DNA from: Octopus vulgaris
Lineage: Eukaryota
Assembly (NCBI GenBank): GCA_951406725.2
Contig: OX597816.1
Coordinates: 56,296,001 to 56,360,000 of the forward strand
DNA length: 64,000 nucleotides
Direction: 5' to 3'
The translations under genes were made by a program, and so were the position numbers. The notes under the pieces were generated by a model. It saw nothing but the letters and a program-made list of their open reading frames with translations, was not told the origin of the DNA and made no database searches. Positions 41,861 to 54,753 of the stretch are shown here, one piece after another; within the stretch, counting starts at the first letter, position 1, and every line of letters starts with the position of its first letter.

Positions 41861-42603
41861 GTTTAAATATTTGTTGTGCAAGATTTTTTATGTGAAGTCG
41901 TGTGTTGAAACAGATATTGTTATATTTCGGAATGGTCATATTGCCAGTTTAGCCAATAAAAACACACGCACTATATATTTGGTGTTATTTTGCTTCAGTG
42001 ATATTTATTTTTTACATTAATCTTAATCTTATTTCGGCCAAAGTTCTTTCGTCACACTCCTGTGACCGCATCAGTGGTCCTTTGTTTTCTTCTCACTTAC
42101 TTGTGTCTCTCCTTACTAACCGTCAGCCATTTTGTATTTTGTATTTCTATTGTACGTCTTCATTTGCGCATGCTTATATCTCTATGTGCGTCTATGTTTA
42201 TTTAGTGTGTGAGGGGGGATGTCTGTAATATTTGTATCTTCTGGTTATATACATTCTTGTAATTTGTATTTTGTTTTTGTTGTTGTTGCTTTTGTTCTAA
42301 TTTTGTTCATGTGTTTACATCCACCCATTATTATCATTACATATGCTTGTATGTATGTATAACAACAATATTAGTAATAATAATAATAAATCTAATCGAG
42401 AAAAAAAAAAAAAAAAAAGAATATACATATACATATATATATATATATACATACACATACATATACATATATATATATACATATATACACACATATATAC
42501 ACATATACATATACATATATATACACATATACATACACATAGATATTCATTTCTATTTCTTTAATTACCTGTGTATTTATTATGTTTGCAGGATCCACTA
42601 TTG

Positions 42604-43765
42604 TCATATGTTGTGGTGTGCGCTATTGCTCCATTCTAGTTTTCTATTCAGGCTAGGTTTATTTTCTATTATATGTGTAGCTTCTGTAATTTGTCTAATT
42701 GTTGCATCTGTTCTATGTGTGGACAATATCTTAATCTCTATGTTATTGATTGATCCCCCGTGTTCTTGTTCGGCGTGTTGGTACAGAATCGATGAGCCTT
42801 TACCTTCCTTGAGTTGTCTCCAATGTTCATTCACCCGCTCACCAATGCTTCTTGCAGTTTCCCCTACGTATGTTACTGTCTTGTTACTGCATCGTCCCTC
42901 TATACATCTTATACTATAGACCACATTTCTGGCTTTACAGTTCGTTTGTGGGCTAAATCTACATACAGTGCAATAGTTATCCGTACAGAGAGTTCTACTA
43001 AAAGGATAGGTTCTACCAATTATAGATCTGATAGGGTTGCCTGGCTTTTCAACAACCTTAATTCTTAGTTTAAGTTTATCTAGGGTCCTTCTAAAGCGGT
43101 ACGCTAGTTCACCTCCAGGGGTGGTGTCAACGAACATGACACTCTGGTATTTATGGCTATCATACCAAGAGTTGGCCTTCCTTATTTTCTTTTTTGTCCT
43201 TTCTATAGTGTTCCATGACTTGTTCCTATAGAGTGGGTAAATCCCATTCCTATCATTACATAATATATTATCAAATTTCTTCATGGCTCCTTTGTATACT
43301 CTGATCCTTTCTTTATGGCTGTAACCTGAGAACTGCATGCGGTGAATGAAATACTGTATGTGTCTCTTTAATTCTGTAGGCTCGCACATGCGTGACACAT
43401 TTCTCATTATTCTGACGAGGTCTGCCATCAAAATATTGAATTTGGCATTGCCCGCAATGGCTGAGTTCCGGTGGATCAGGTATTTTGAGGCCATAGGTTT
43501 TGCATAGTATGAATGAAGGATTTGGGTTTTATTTTTCACAATTTCTAGCCAGAGTTCAGTGTCTAGTACTGGTAGTCTATGGTTGGGGTGTTTAGTGGGG
43601 TAGTCTATTGTGACCTTAATACTCTGGTGGATGGAGTTAGCTATTTGCTGGATGCTCTCCATAGTATTAGTTTCTATTACTATATCAACCGTACTCTCTT
43701 GTGGGGGTGCCTTTACTACTATATTGATATCATCAACATAGCGAGAGTACATGTTTACGAGTATG
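42604..43765 (-). CDS. PLE reverse transcriptase C-terminal half + GIY-YIG endonuclease (open frame, N-truncated)
   Basis: SRYVDD, LPVLD, YAKPMAS, C-x4-C-x2-C..C linker, [33 protein letters not shown]. The ORF-track N-terminus (43766-44010) is antisense pLTR, not real protein. Confidence 0.9.
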
Positions 43766-43927
43766 GAAGATACAAATATTACAGACATCCCCCCCTCACA
43801 CACTAAATAAACATAGACGCACATAGAGATATAAGCATGCGCAAATGAAGACATACAATAGAAATACAAAATACAAAATGGCTGACGGTTAGTAAGGAGA
43901 GACACAAGTAAGTGAGAAGAAAACAAA

Positions 43928-43972
43928 GGACCACTGATGCGGTCACAGGAGTGTGACGAAAGAACTTTGGCC
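43928..43972 (+). ncRNA. pLTR hammerhead-like motif (A9C variant); identical copy 42036-42080 (-)
   Basis: ggacca-CTGATGC-G-GTCACA-ggag-TGTGAC-GAAA-G-aa-CTT-tggcc. Confidence 0.6.
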
Positions 43973-44086
43973 GAAATAAGATTAAGATTAATGTAAAAAA
44001 TAAATATCACTGAAGCAAAATAACACCAAATATATAGTGCGTGTGTTTTTATTGGCTAAACTGGCAATATGACCATTCCGAAATAT

Positions 44087-44129
<43 letters not shown>

Positions 44130-45314
44130 CACATACACACGTACACATACACATACACACACAAATGCATTACCAATCAAAGAAGTTGTAAGCATGCTTA
44201 AAAATCAACCCACATAGATATGTTGGAATGGCGTTTGGCTTTCCGGTTAACACTTCATGTCTCATCGCAGCTTCTGTTCTGTAAGCAGAGTCAAAGTATT
44301 TAACTCTCGCCTACTCAATCCTCCGAACTGCATTTTGGCGTTGAGACTATGTAAAATCATTAACAGCTGCATGAGGATTTGTAAAATGAAGGGCACACCC
44401 TTTGTTCCTCTTAAAAGGAGAAGACAATAGAGGGCCGCAGGTGGTTAATGACTGTCTCATTAGCTTACAATTTAAATAATAACTATGGCTCACCATGATT
44501 CAGTTTCAAATTGCAGTTCCTTGATTGTCTCAGTTCGCATTTCTATCTCATCATCCTAATTATAATAATTACAGGGTGTGTGTGGCAGGTGATGTGTGAA
44601 ACAATCTAATTTATACGAAAAACACATCTCCGAGTGAATATCTTGTTTCACCATAAAATATTCCTCTTAATTTGGATGAGCAATTCTGCAAGCAGAAATA
44701 AATACCATTGCAGGCAGGTAGTTTGCTTTTGAGGAAGAATACCGTTTCAGGTTGGGGGTGGTCTTCTGCTAGATTTACTGCAGTTCTGTATTCAAGTGTA
44801 AAAATGGTTCGTGTATTTTAAATAACTGAGTACAAAAGAAATGAAAATGTTGTTTTAGTGTTGTCTTATGTGAGGAAAGGGGAGAGGAAAGAGAAAAGGA
44901 TTTAAATAATATGAGAGAGAGAGAGGGGAGGTATTCAAAGAAAATGAGAGAGGAGCTGAGAGGGAGAGAAAAATGATGAAATGTTAGATTTTAAAAGAGA
45001 AGAGTATGAACACAACCATTCTTTTGTTCAATAGTTCCACTGTTGAACTTTTAAACTATGTTCCAGTTATAAATATACATCAGAAGTTAGGGCTCTTGGA
45101 AAAAGTATGTGCGTGTGTGTGTGTGTACATACATACATACATACATACATACATACATACATACATACATACATACATACATACATACGTACATAGTTAA
45201 TTAATTCCAGGTTGGCTAAGCTTTGCGAACATCAGACAAACGTACTGTTTTTTCCCGCTCTGGTATATAAGGACAGCTGTTCTTACAGAGTTGTGAAAGA
45301 CTCATTCTGTGTTC

Positions 45315-45355
45315 GTGGCTGATGATGCATAATGATGCAGAAACAGGCGCACCCT
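45315..45355 (+). ncRNA. Hammerhead-like motif with degenerate cleavage triplet
   Basis: gg-CTGATGA-TGCAT-aatg-ATGCA-GAAAC-aggc-GCA-cc. Confidence 0.45.
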
Positions 45356-45374
45356 GCGCTCCGATGATGTCGTT

Positions 45375-45620
45375 CATAGTCAAACTAGGTTTTCATATAT
45401 TTTGTATATGAGGAAAATTTTCTCTCAAGACTATTTCTGCAGCGAAAGGTATTCCCACGTTCGAGTGTCCACGAACGTGTTAGATATGATTATATCCACA
45501 TGCATTTCGTTCAACGCATCTTCGTGCACCTACAGATAAACCCAGTTTGACCTATCTTTCGGCATAACAACGAACGTACTTATACCTAAGAACAAGCATA
45601 TGGTAGACTGATCAGGGTCG
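45375..45620 (-). pseudogene. Heavily decayed PLE GIY-YIG tail
   Basis: Minus-strand IGQTG and terminal KPSL, next to the hammerhead-like motif. Confidence 0.35.
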
Positions 45621-46162
45621 AGATGTATACTATGCTTCGGTGACCCGTTTGCATCAATAGTTCTAATTGTTGGCTCGACCAATTGCGCTTCCATGGCCTC
45701 TGCAGTTGCAAACTATCAGTTTCGTCCTTTATGCCGACGAAGACTACCACCACCAACAAGCAGATAGGGATTTCTTGTGGCACTTCTTGACTTTAGTATG
45801 TAGTGCTTCGTGGGCCTCAGCTTCTGTAGGGAATCTCAACATTTTTCACTTTGGCGCCGTATGTTTGCCTTGGATTGATCAGAGGCTCTTTTGAATCTGA
45901 CATTGCGTTCCCTCTGTTATATTTTCCCACTTTGGACCGGGGAAGGTTTTAATATAGAAATATTGATTAGATCGACCCTAGTTTTCAGCTTGTAGCTGAC
46001 GCCGAAATAAAGAAAAGCAAAATACTCCATTGAACTCGGAACAAATACCGCTAAGCATTTTGTTCGACGCACTAATAATTACGTCAACCCGCTGCCTGAA
46101 TAGCAATATGCTTGTGTGCGCACGTGTGTTTTTCTGTGTTATTGTGTTTGTGTGTGATTGTG

Positions 46163-46200
<38 letters not shown>

Positions 46201-46944
46201 CTTTCATTCATGAATATTAAGCGATACACTGCTTTACCATAATTCTGCAATCGAATCCTAAAGGTGAAGGACCAGAACCCTTCCATTACATGGCAAATAA
46301 ATATTTATTGCTTAATTTTGATAGAAAAATTATCTGAACTTGGTGTTTAATCAAGTGTTGCTTGAATACTTGTCTAATATTGTCCCGGTTTATCTCCAAT
46401 ATATCTTCGTCTCGACTGAACGACGTAATTTTCCTGAGTGAAGTTTGGTGTCTGTAAAATATTTCATAGTTCTTTGTTCATACACAATTTTTTTTTAATG
46501 TGTTAGGCATAGCTGTGTGGTAAGAAATTTGCTTCAGAACCACATGGTTCTGGGTTCAGTTCAACTGTGTAGCACCTTGGGCAACTGTCTCCTACTATAG
46601 TCTCGGGCCGACCAAAGCCTTGTGACTGCTGGAGCACCACGTTTAGTCGAACAAATCGACCCCTTGACTTATTCTTTGTAAGCCTAGAACTTATCCTATC
46701 GGACTCTTTTGCTGAACCGTTAAGTTACGAGGACGTAAACACACCAACGCCGGTTGTCAAGCGATGGTGGGGGCCAAACACACACACACACACGCATGTA
46801 TATATATATATATATATATATATTGGCCTGCTCGCTTAGCTAGCGGGTGGCGTCATTTGAAGGCTAAAACAATGCGAAGCGCATTGTGACCAGCGATGTG
46901 TATCAACATCTGATAGCCTGGTCGGTCACGTGATCACGTGATAC

Positions 46945-46975
<31 letters not shown>

Positions 46976-47064
46976 TACATACATACATATATACACATAC
47001 ATACATACATACATACATACATACATACATACATACAAATAACAACAGATGGATAGTGGTTCAT

Positions 47065-47140
47065 TCACTACAGCTGTTTCAGACGTGTTTTTATTGATAG
47101 AATTATTACATCATGCGGAAAAAACGCTCTCATCAGGTGA
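47065..47140 (-). ncRNA. Candidate minimal type-I hammerhead ribozyme, canonical core
   Basis: tcac-CTGATGA-gagcgttttt...aaaaacacgtct-GAAAC-AGCT-GTA-gtga; palindromic loop III, imperfect stem II. Confidence 0.65.
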
Positions 47141-47477
47141 TTATATGCACGAATTAAACATTTTAAAATGTTTAAGTTAATATTCACCTTCTTCAGAATC
47201 TGCAATTACTGTGGACCTGGAGTCTATTGAATCCAGTAGAATTGGCACCTAGGTAGAAACATAGGCGCAACCTTGAGACTCGTGGTATATTCGGTCGGAC
47301 GTTTGTGATCGTAGACGCACAGGAATATAAATCTGTCATTAGTTCGGTATGTATGTATATGTTCCTCTAATGTTATTTTGAGCATTGTAACGATTTCAGT
47401 GACCCCCACACCTTGGTGCCTTACTATTTAAGTATCTTATGCACTTGACTCTTGAACTTTTAAATAATGCGTGTGAT

Positions 47478-47538
<61 letters not shown>

Positions 47539-48476
47539 GTGTGTATCTGTGTCTACGTTTGTCCCTCTACCACCACTTGTCGACTCGTATAGATGTGTTT
47601 ACATCCCAGTAACTAAGTGATTTGGCAGAAGAGACATGTAGAATATGTACGAGGCTAACAAAAAGTACTGGGGGGGGGGTCGATTCATTCGACTAAGGAT
47701 ATTTCAAAACGGTGCCCCAGCATGGCCGCAACCAAATTAATGAAACAAGTAAAAAAAATTGAAAAAGATTTTTGTGATTGCTGTTGTTGTTTAATCATAA
47801 GTCTGCCCTAACTGGACACACCTATGATCAAAGACGGACCGAGTATGATCAAAGACGGACCGGGTATAAGTCATGGCTGGGTGGTTAATAACTCATCCCT
47901 CACCCCATCCGGAGCTACGTGTCACCTTAGACAAGTGTTTTCTACCTTAGGTTTTAATCTTGAGTGAAAGTCTTGAGTAAAATAAGGTAGACAGATGCTG
48001 TGTAGAAGCTAGACAGAAGGACCGATCGTATTTCTGGGTAGCGACATAAGTTTGATGTCCAGTTTAACATTCAAGTATGTCTCTTACGTACTTCAGTGTT
48101 ACAAAAATTGCGCTCAGGATTCGAATCGAAGTGTAATTTCCCTTTTTTACGACTAGGAGGCGCAGAAATGGAACCAATTACATAAAAAAAAAACATCTCC
48201 TCGATCTAAATTATCGTTTTTCAGACGATAGAGTATTTTAGAGAACTTTTGATGCCATTTCTTGCACGTAAACTTACCAGGAAGCACTGCGACGTTTGTA
48301 GTAAATGGAGAAATCAGTGAAATGACATTGATTAATGACTAAAGTTATTTAGAGGTGCTTAAAGAATTATGGTAAAGAGAGCTATGAACATGACTTTGCA
48401 TCGATTCTTCACGTTGGGATACGTTGAGGCTGTCGTTGCTGCTTTTGCTAGTATCGTTATTGTTGTTGTTGATGAC

Positions 48477-48533
<57 letters not shown>

Positions 48534-48890
48534 AATGATGATGATGAGGATGATGATTATGATGATGATGATCACGACAACGTCGAGGAGAAGGTGGAAG
48601 GAGAGGAGGATGTTGCTGTTTAGATTCAAGCAAAATCTGATTTACGAGACCAATAATCAAAAACGTTCCAGCTTTAAACAACCAATCGGATACAGCCCAG
48701 CCGAAGCACGATTATCTACAGTATACCTTCGGAGTTTGTGTGAAGGGAAATATAGCTGCTGTTTCTAGAAAATGTAGCAACTAGGTAGAGGCTCCTCCTT
48801 GTCTTTATTTCAGTAGATTAATACAGTTCCATAACAAAACATGGACGTGAAAACTACATCACACACATACACACACGCGCGCACGCGCAA

Positions 48891-48986
<96 letters not shown>

Positions 48987-50064
48987 AAGCAAGCAGAAAC
49001 ACACACACGCACAAGTACAGAAAGACAGAAGGGGGAAAGAAAGAGTGAGGACTAATGTTTAAATATCAAGATATTTTACCCATGGTCACTTAGAGCTCGA
49101 TAAATTCCAAAAGGTTTCGTCAATGTAGAAATTCCCGGTGGCAAAATCTCGCATGATTGGCTAAAGCAATCTTTTACAGCAATATATCCTTTATCGTTTA
49201 ATTGTTTCTTCTCATTAGACTGCGGCCGTGCTGGGGCATCGCCTGAAGAACTTTTAGTCAAATGATTTATATATTTTAAGCCTGGTACTTATTCTATCGA
49301 ACTTTTGTGCCGAACCGCTAACGCAAAGTCTTTTGTCGGTTCAAGACTATAGCAGAAGAAGACACTTGCCTGAGGTACCACGCAGCAGGACTGAACCCGG
49401 AACCATGTGGTTGGAAAGTGAGAATGTATAAACTTCGCAAATAGATCATAATATCATTACATTCAACAGCTGTTTCATTAAGATTATATGTCATTAATTT
49501 CTTAATAAATTACGATACATAGTTCATTTGAATTGATTTGTTATAACTTAAAACGATGTGTGTCCCAAGTCACTGAGATTATATGGACTTATGTTAATAA
49601 GGAACCGTTATTGGTTTGAATATAAACAAAGGGGAAACAAACCGAGAGGGGTAAATGTATTCATGCTTGTGTGTGTATATCTGTGTATATACAGAGTATA
49701 TAAAGTATACAATCAAGACATCTGGATTATATATGATTTTTTTTATTTTTCATGGAACTATTCTTACTGGACTTGTGAAGCACGCATTCCGTCTCCGTTA
49801 CCGATGAAGCAAACAGCCTAGCAAAGTATATACCTCACGGTCCGATCACATTTTTCATAGACTGTTGATGTGCTTTCATACACTATATTTAAGATTTCCT
49901 TTTCCGTAAGTATTCCGGGAAGAAGCTATTTCTTATGAATGCTAATATACATTCAATACGAAACCCGAAAACACAGACCTGCGCGCACAACATAACCACA
50001 TGTGAAACGTTGGCGATTTTTTTTTCCTCCGTCTTCCTTTTCTATTAGACTTTCCTCTGTCTCC

Positions 50065-50340
50065 TCTTCCTGAAGAAAAGCTTTACTCGAAACGTAAAAC
50101 AGCATTTTCTTCCTTCCCTGAGCGTCTGCTAATATTTTGCATGTACCACGTCCTTGCATTGTTGTTTTTTCATGTTTGTTCTTCGTTTTGTTTTTTTAGG
50201 ATTTACTATATATATAGTACAAATTTCCAGAAAACAAAAGGCGAAGACAGGTGAGGGAACAACAAGCAGGTGTATTAGTTTGATGCTCGGGAAAAATGGA
50301 AAAGTTGCTAACGTTTCGAGCCTATGCTCTTCGGCAGAAA
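50065..50340. mobile_element. Convergent pair of hammerhead-like cassettes meeting at a short (TA)n
   Basis: (+) CTGAAGA-A-aagctttactc-GAAACGTA at 50070; (-) CTGCCGA-A-GAGC-atag-GCTC-GAAACGTT at 50307-50340. Confidence 0.55.
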
Positions 50341-50974
50341 GGATTAAGAGGGGAAAAACGGAAAGAGAATGAGCAAAAAAAAATGGAGAGACAAAAATGT
50401 GTAGGGATTAACGGTTCAACATGATGAAATGGCCGGGAGAAAGAGAATGAATGGAAGAGAGATGATGACGGTGATCCGACTGAATGAGGGTTTGCAAACG
50501 CGTTTGTTTACATGAGAATGGTCTGTGTAAATGTGTGTGTGTATGTATGTGTGAGTGGGGTGAGTGCGTGAGTATGTATGCGTGGGCAATCTTAAAATTC
50601 TTTGGACCTATGTTTATGTATGTGTATACGTAACTTAGTGCGTACAATATGTGGAGTGATATGCGTTTCACGTCCCGGTGTGTATGAAGCTTGCTTTCCA
50701 ATCACATGGTTCCGGGTTCAGTACCACAGCGTGGCACCCCGGGCAAATGTCTTTAACTATAGCCTCGGGCCAACCAAAGAGTGGTTTTGGTAGACACGGA
50801 AGCTGCAGAAGAATATGTGCGTGCGTGTGTGGGTGTGCATGTGTGTGTGTGTGCGTGTGTGTGTGTTTGTGTATGTGTGTGTGTGTGTGTGTGTGTATTT
50901 GTTCCCCTGCCACTACCGCTTAACAGCCGGTGTTATTGAATTTACATCCCTGCAACTTAGCGGTTTGGCAAAAA

Positions 50975-51150
50975 TAAGTTTTCAATGTTTCTATCGTTCT
51001 CGAGGCAATTAAGGAGATCTTGTGCAACTGAAACCCGGATGTCGCTTTGGTCAGCTGAAAGCAGTTTTGGCACAATCTTGGCAGACATGCGTCTCATACC
51101 CAAATATTCAGTGATATTGGACTGAACTGAACCGTAACTAATCTGCATAT
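50975..51150 (-). mobile_element. Mariner transposase fragment
   Basis: ISYGSVQSNITEYLGMRRMSAKIVPKLLSADQSDIRVSVAQDLL (WVPxxL region). Confidence 0.8.
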
Positions 51151-51159
51151 CCTTTTTTT

Positions 51160-51343
51160 CTATGAAAGTCCCTATCTTTTATGATTTTTTGACTGCTGTA
51201 TCGCCATTTTTCGGTGTACTTCAACCAGAAAAATGTTCACTTAAAGAGAATAACAAGCTACATAATGCAAAATTTTTACTTTTCAAAAATCACGATTCTA
51301 AAGGGTCGAAACAAACCCGAGCAACGCCGGGCGATACTGCTAG
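51160..51343 (+). mobile_element. Helitron 3' end
   Basis: aaacccgagcaacgccgggcgatactgCTAG|T, identical to the end of 57716-58111. Confidence 0.75.
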
Positions 51344-51361
51344 TTTATACATAAATATATA

Positions 51362-51426
<65 letters not shown>

Positions 51427-51429
<3 letters not shown>

Positions 51430-53981
51430 TGATTGATTCTAGTTTCAGCTCACGAGCTCTGGCCATGCTGGGGCACCGCCATTTGGTGTTGCTACATGGT
51501 TTTACTTCACGAATGCTTTTTAGCAACTGCCATTTGGTGCATGAGAGAGTTCGATGCAGCTGCCCTCATCTGCACCTCCTGCCGTGAAGTTGGTTCATCT
51601 GGGATACCTGACAAGAAGAGATCCAGTTTCATTTTAAAGACATCTGCATCCACCCCATGCAGGTCTCTTAGGTTCTTCGGGAGGATATTGAAGAGCTGTG
51701 GGCCTCGGAAGCCCAGGCTATCACAGTGTCTTGTCCTACATCTTGATGGCAAATTTGGAGTCCTAGGCACTACGCAGTGGCGCCCAGTTCTGGCATTTGT
51801 GTAACTCTCGATGCCAAAATTTGGGACAAGTCCCTCCAGGATCTTCCAGATGTATATTATGGCATATCTTTCTCGCCTACGCTCCAAGGAATAGAGTTTT
51901 AATATCTTGAGTCTTTCCCAGTAGCTTATATTCTGCACATAGGCTATCTTCTTCGTGTAGCTACGTTGGATCGCCTCAAGTTCTGTGATCAACTTGACAC
52001 TGGATGGTGACCATAGCTGAGAGCAATAGTCAAAGTGGCTTAGGACAAGTGTCCTCCAGAGAACCATCATGGTTTCTTGTTCTCTTGTTCTAAAGGTTCT
52101 GAGAATCCATCCGGCCAATCGTCTACATTTCATTGCCAGTTTAGCAACATGTACACGAAAGGTTGCGTCATCACTCATGAAAATACCCAGGTCACGCACT
52201 GATTGTGCCTCTGGAATTGCAATTCCTCCGGGTCCAGTGTATTCATTGGGTATTGCATTTAGTTTTGCATGCTGATAGTATAAAGCTTGAAACTTTTCAG
52301 CATTGAATTGCATGCTATTCTTTTCAGCCCACTTGTATATTTTGTCCAGCTCACATTGCAGGCGTTTAGTGTCCTCAGTGTTCTGTATTGCCTGTGAAAC
52401 TTTTGTATCATCTGCATAACTTGTGATCGTGGCTCTCTGCGTGGCTGAGGGCATGTCTGAGAGGGCCATTATGAACAGTAGTGGTCCCAAAACAGTGCCC
52501 TGCGGAACACCGCTCACTATTTGCTACTACCACCTGACTTCTATCTTTCAGAAAGTCATGAAGCCATTCTCCCAGTTTTCCAACTATGCTAAGATCACGC
52601 AGTTTGTGACATATCATTCCATGATCGACTTTATCAAAAGCCTTTGCAAAGTCGAGATATATCACTTCCACATTTGAGTGGTTGAGCAGTCGTTTCAGCA
52701 CCCAGTCATAGTGTTGTAGGAGCTGATTTAAGCAGCTTCTTCCTGGTCGGAAACCATGTTGGGTGTCAGGTAGCAAGTCAATTTCTTCAAGGAAGGTGAT
52801 CAGTTTCCTTCTAACTATTCGTTCCATGACCTTGCTGATGTGTGAGGTCAGAGAGATAGGTCTGTAGTTCTTGGCCTCCGCTCTGCTACCTCCTTTATGA
52901 ATGGGGCATATTTTACCTTCCTTCAGTTTTCTTGGAAGTTTGCCAGCTGCAAGGAAGCTCTGAAAGAGGAACTGCAGTGGTCTTGCTAGGACTCTCTTAC
53001 ATACTTTTAGGAGGATTGCCGGGAATCCATCGGGGCCAGTAGCTGAGTCTGTTTTCATTTCATCTATAGCCTTTATTACATCGTCTTCCTTTATATCGAT
53101 GTAATTTATCGTCGCCATCTCTGATTTTATATCTGCAGTGGTAAAGAAGTCAGTTGGATCGGTGATTTGGAAATGCCCAAGGGGTGGAGTGAAAACACTC
53201 TTGAATTGCTCATTCAGTATTTCACTTAGCCTCATTGGTTTTCCTGTGAGTGTGCCATCCTTTTCAAGGAGTGGCTCTATCCTACAGTGCACCGTAGCTG
53301 TTTCTTTGGCATATCTGTAGAAAGCTCTGGGGTTAGATTTTATGTTGTCTATAGCCCAGGCTTCTTTGTCTGCTTTTTCCTTTTCATGGGAGAGTTGCAG
53401 ACATTTTTCAATTTCCAACAGTTTTATTTTCAGGCGGGACTTTTCACTGCTTTCAATTTGTTTGTTTAGGCGATTTGAAATTTTTGTACGCCGTCTCATT
53501 GAAATTTTCCTCTCTCTGGGGATTTTGTTCTTGTGTACAGTGGCCTTTCTCTCTGGGACACATTTGTAGCATATGGCTTGCATTACAGACATGAATTGTT
53601 GAAGTTTCACGTCGATGTCTGGCGAGGAGAGACATTCAGACCAGTTTTGTTTGAGGATCTCTTTCTCAATTTGTTTCCAGTTTGCCTTATGGAAGTTCAA
53701 GCTGGAAAGATTCTGAGGGTTTCTTGTAGGCTGCATGTCAATGCTTTCCTTTGGCCCGTACATGGTCAGCTCTACCATGTTGTGATCCGAGAGTAGTGTC
53801 GGTGTCACTTTCACATTATAGATGAGATCCATATTATTTGTGAAGCAGAGATCCAGTGTGTTACCTGCCCTGGTTGGTTGGAGTATTACTTGCTCCATGT
53901 ACAGGGTGTTGATGAGGTTCAGGAGGGACCTCGCCTGTCCTCGTTCACATCTTGTCATTCCTGGGAGAGAAAGGCCCTCGG

Positions 53982-53985
<4 letters not shown>
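51427..53985 (-). mobile_element. 5'-truncated CR1/L2-type LINE inserted in (TA)n
   Basis: APE tail, RT, 3' UTR with stem-loop and (AATC)n tail; (TA)n on both sides. Confidence 0.93.
51507..53985 (-). pseudogene. LINE ORF2 (APE C-terminus + RT) with one frameshift at ~52517
   Basis: [15 protein letters not shown]; NYRPISLTS; QHGFRPGRSC; YLDFAKAFDKVDH; frameshift VVAN|SGVPQGTVLGPLLF; YADD; RDLG. Confidence 0.93.
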
Positions 53986-54038
<53 letters not shown>

Positions 54039-54078
54039 GTATGTATATGTATAAGTATATATATATGTATGTACGCAT

Positions 54079-54139
<61 letters not shown>

Positions 54140-54560
54140 CATAGATATTGTATTTATATATATGTATATGTATATATATATGCATATATTTATAAACATA
54201 TATAGATATTCGAATATATGTAGGGTTCATAGGGTATTTCAGGAGACCTACAAGTATATTATCAGTCTAGATCGATCAATAGTTATGTTGGTCATAGCTG
54301 GATTGTCATTCGTCTAATATGTTCTCCGCCGAGCTTTATCTGATCTCATACAACAATACAATGCAATACAACAATAACAACATCAAAATCAAAGCAGGAG
54401 ACCGTGACGCAATCTCAAATCCGGTTTGAATTGAAATTCGTCATAAACCTGGCTGATAAATCACTTGATATTCAAAAGAATGACTCACTCCCTCCAATTC
54501 CCGTTCTACCATCATTCTTTGGATGTTCCAAAAATAATAATAATAGTAATAATAATAATA

Positions 54561-54621
<61 letters not shown>

Positions 54622-54694
54622 GGTCACAGCTCGTGAGCTGAAACTAGATAAAATAAAAATAAATAATAAAAATAAATTATTGCTGTTGTTGTTG

Positions 54695-54753
<59 letters not shown>

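Larger units (their letters stand above)
41860..44094 (-). mobile_element. Penelope-like retroelement, 5'-truncated, with inverted pseudo-LTR
   Basis: Near-identical inverted repeats 41914-42241 and 43766-44094 around an RT/GIY-YIG ORF; both ends abut (TA)n. Confidence 0.92.

Noticed and set aside
43766-44010. Hydrophobic N-terminal extension of the 468-aa PLE ORF
   Set aside because: It is the reverse complement of the pLTR; the same peptide appears at 41998(+)
53986-54120. N-terminus of the 570-aa ORF
   Set aside because: Read-through into (TA)n/(TG)n beyond the LINE truncation point
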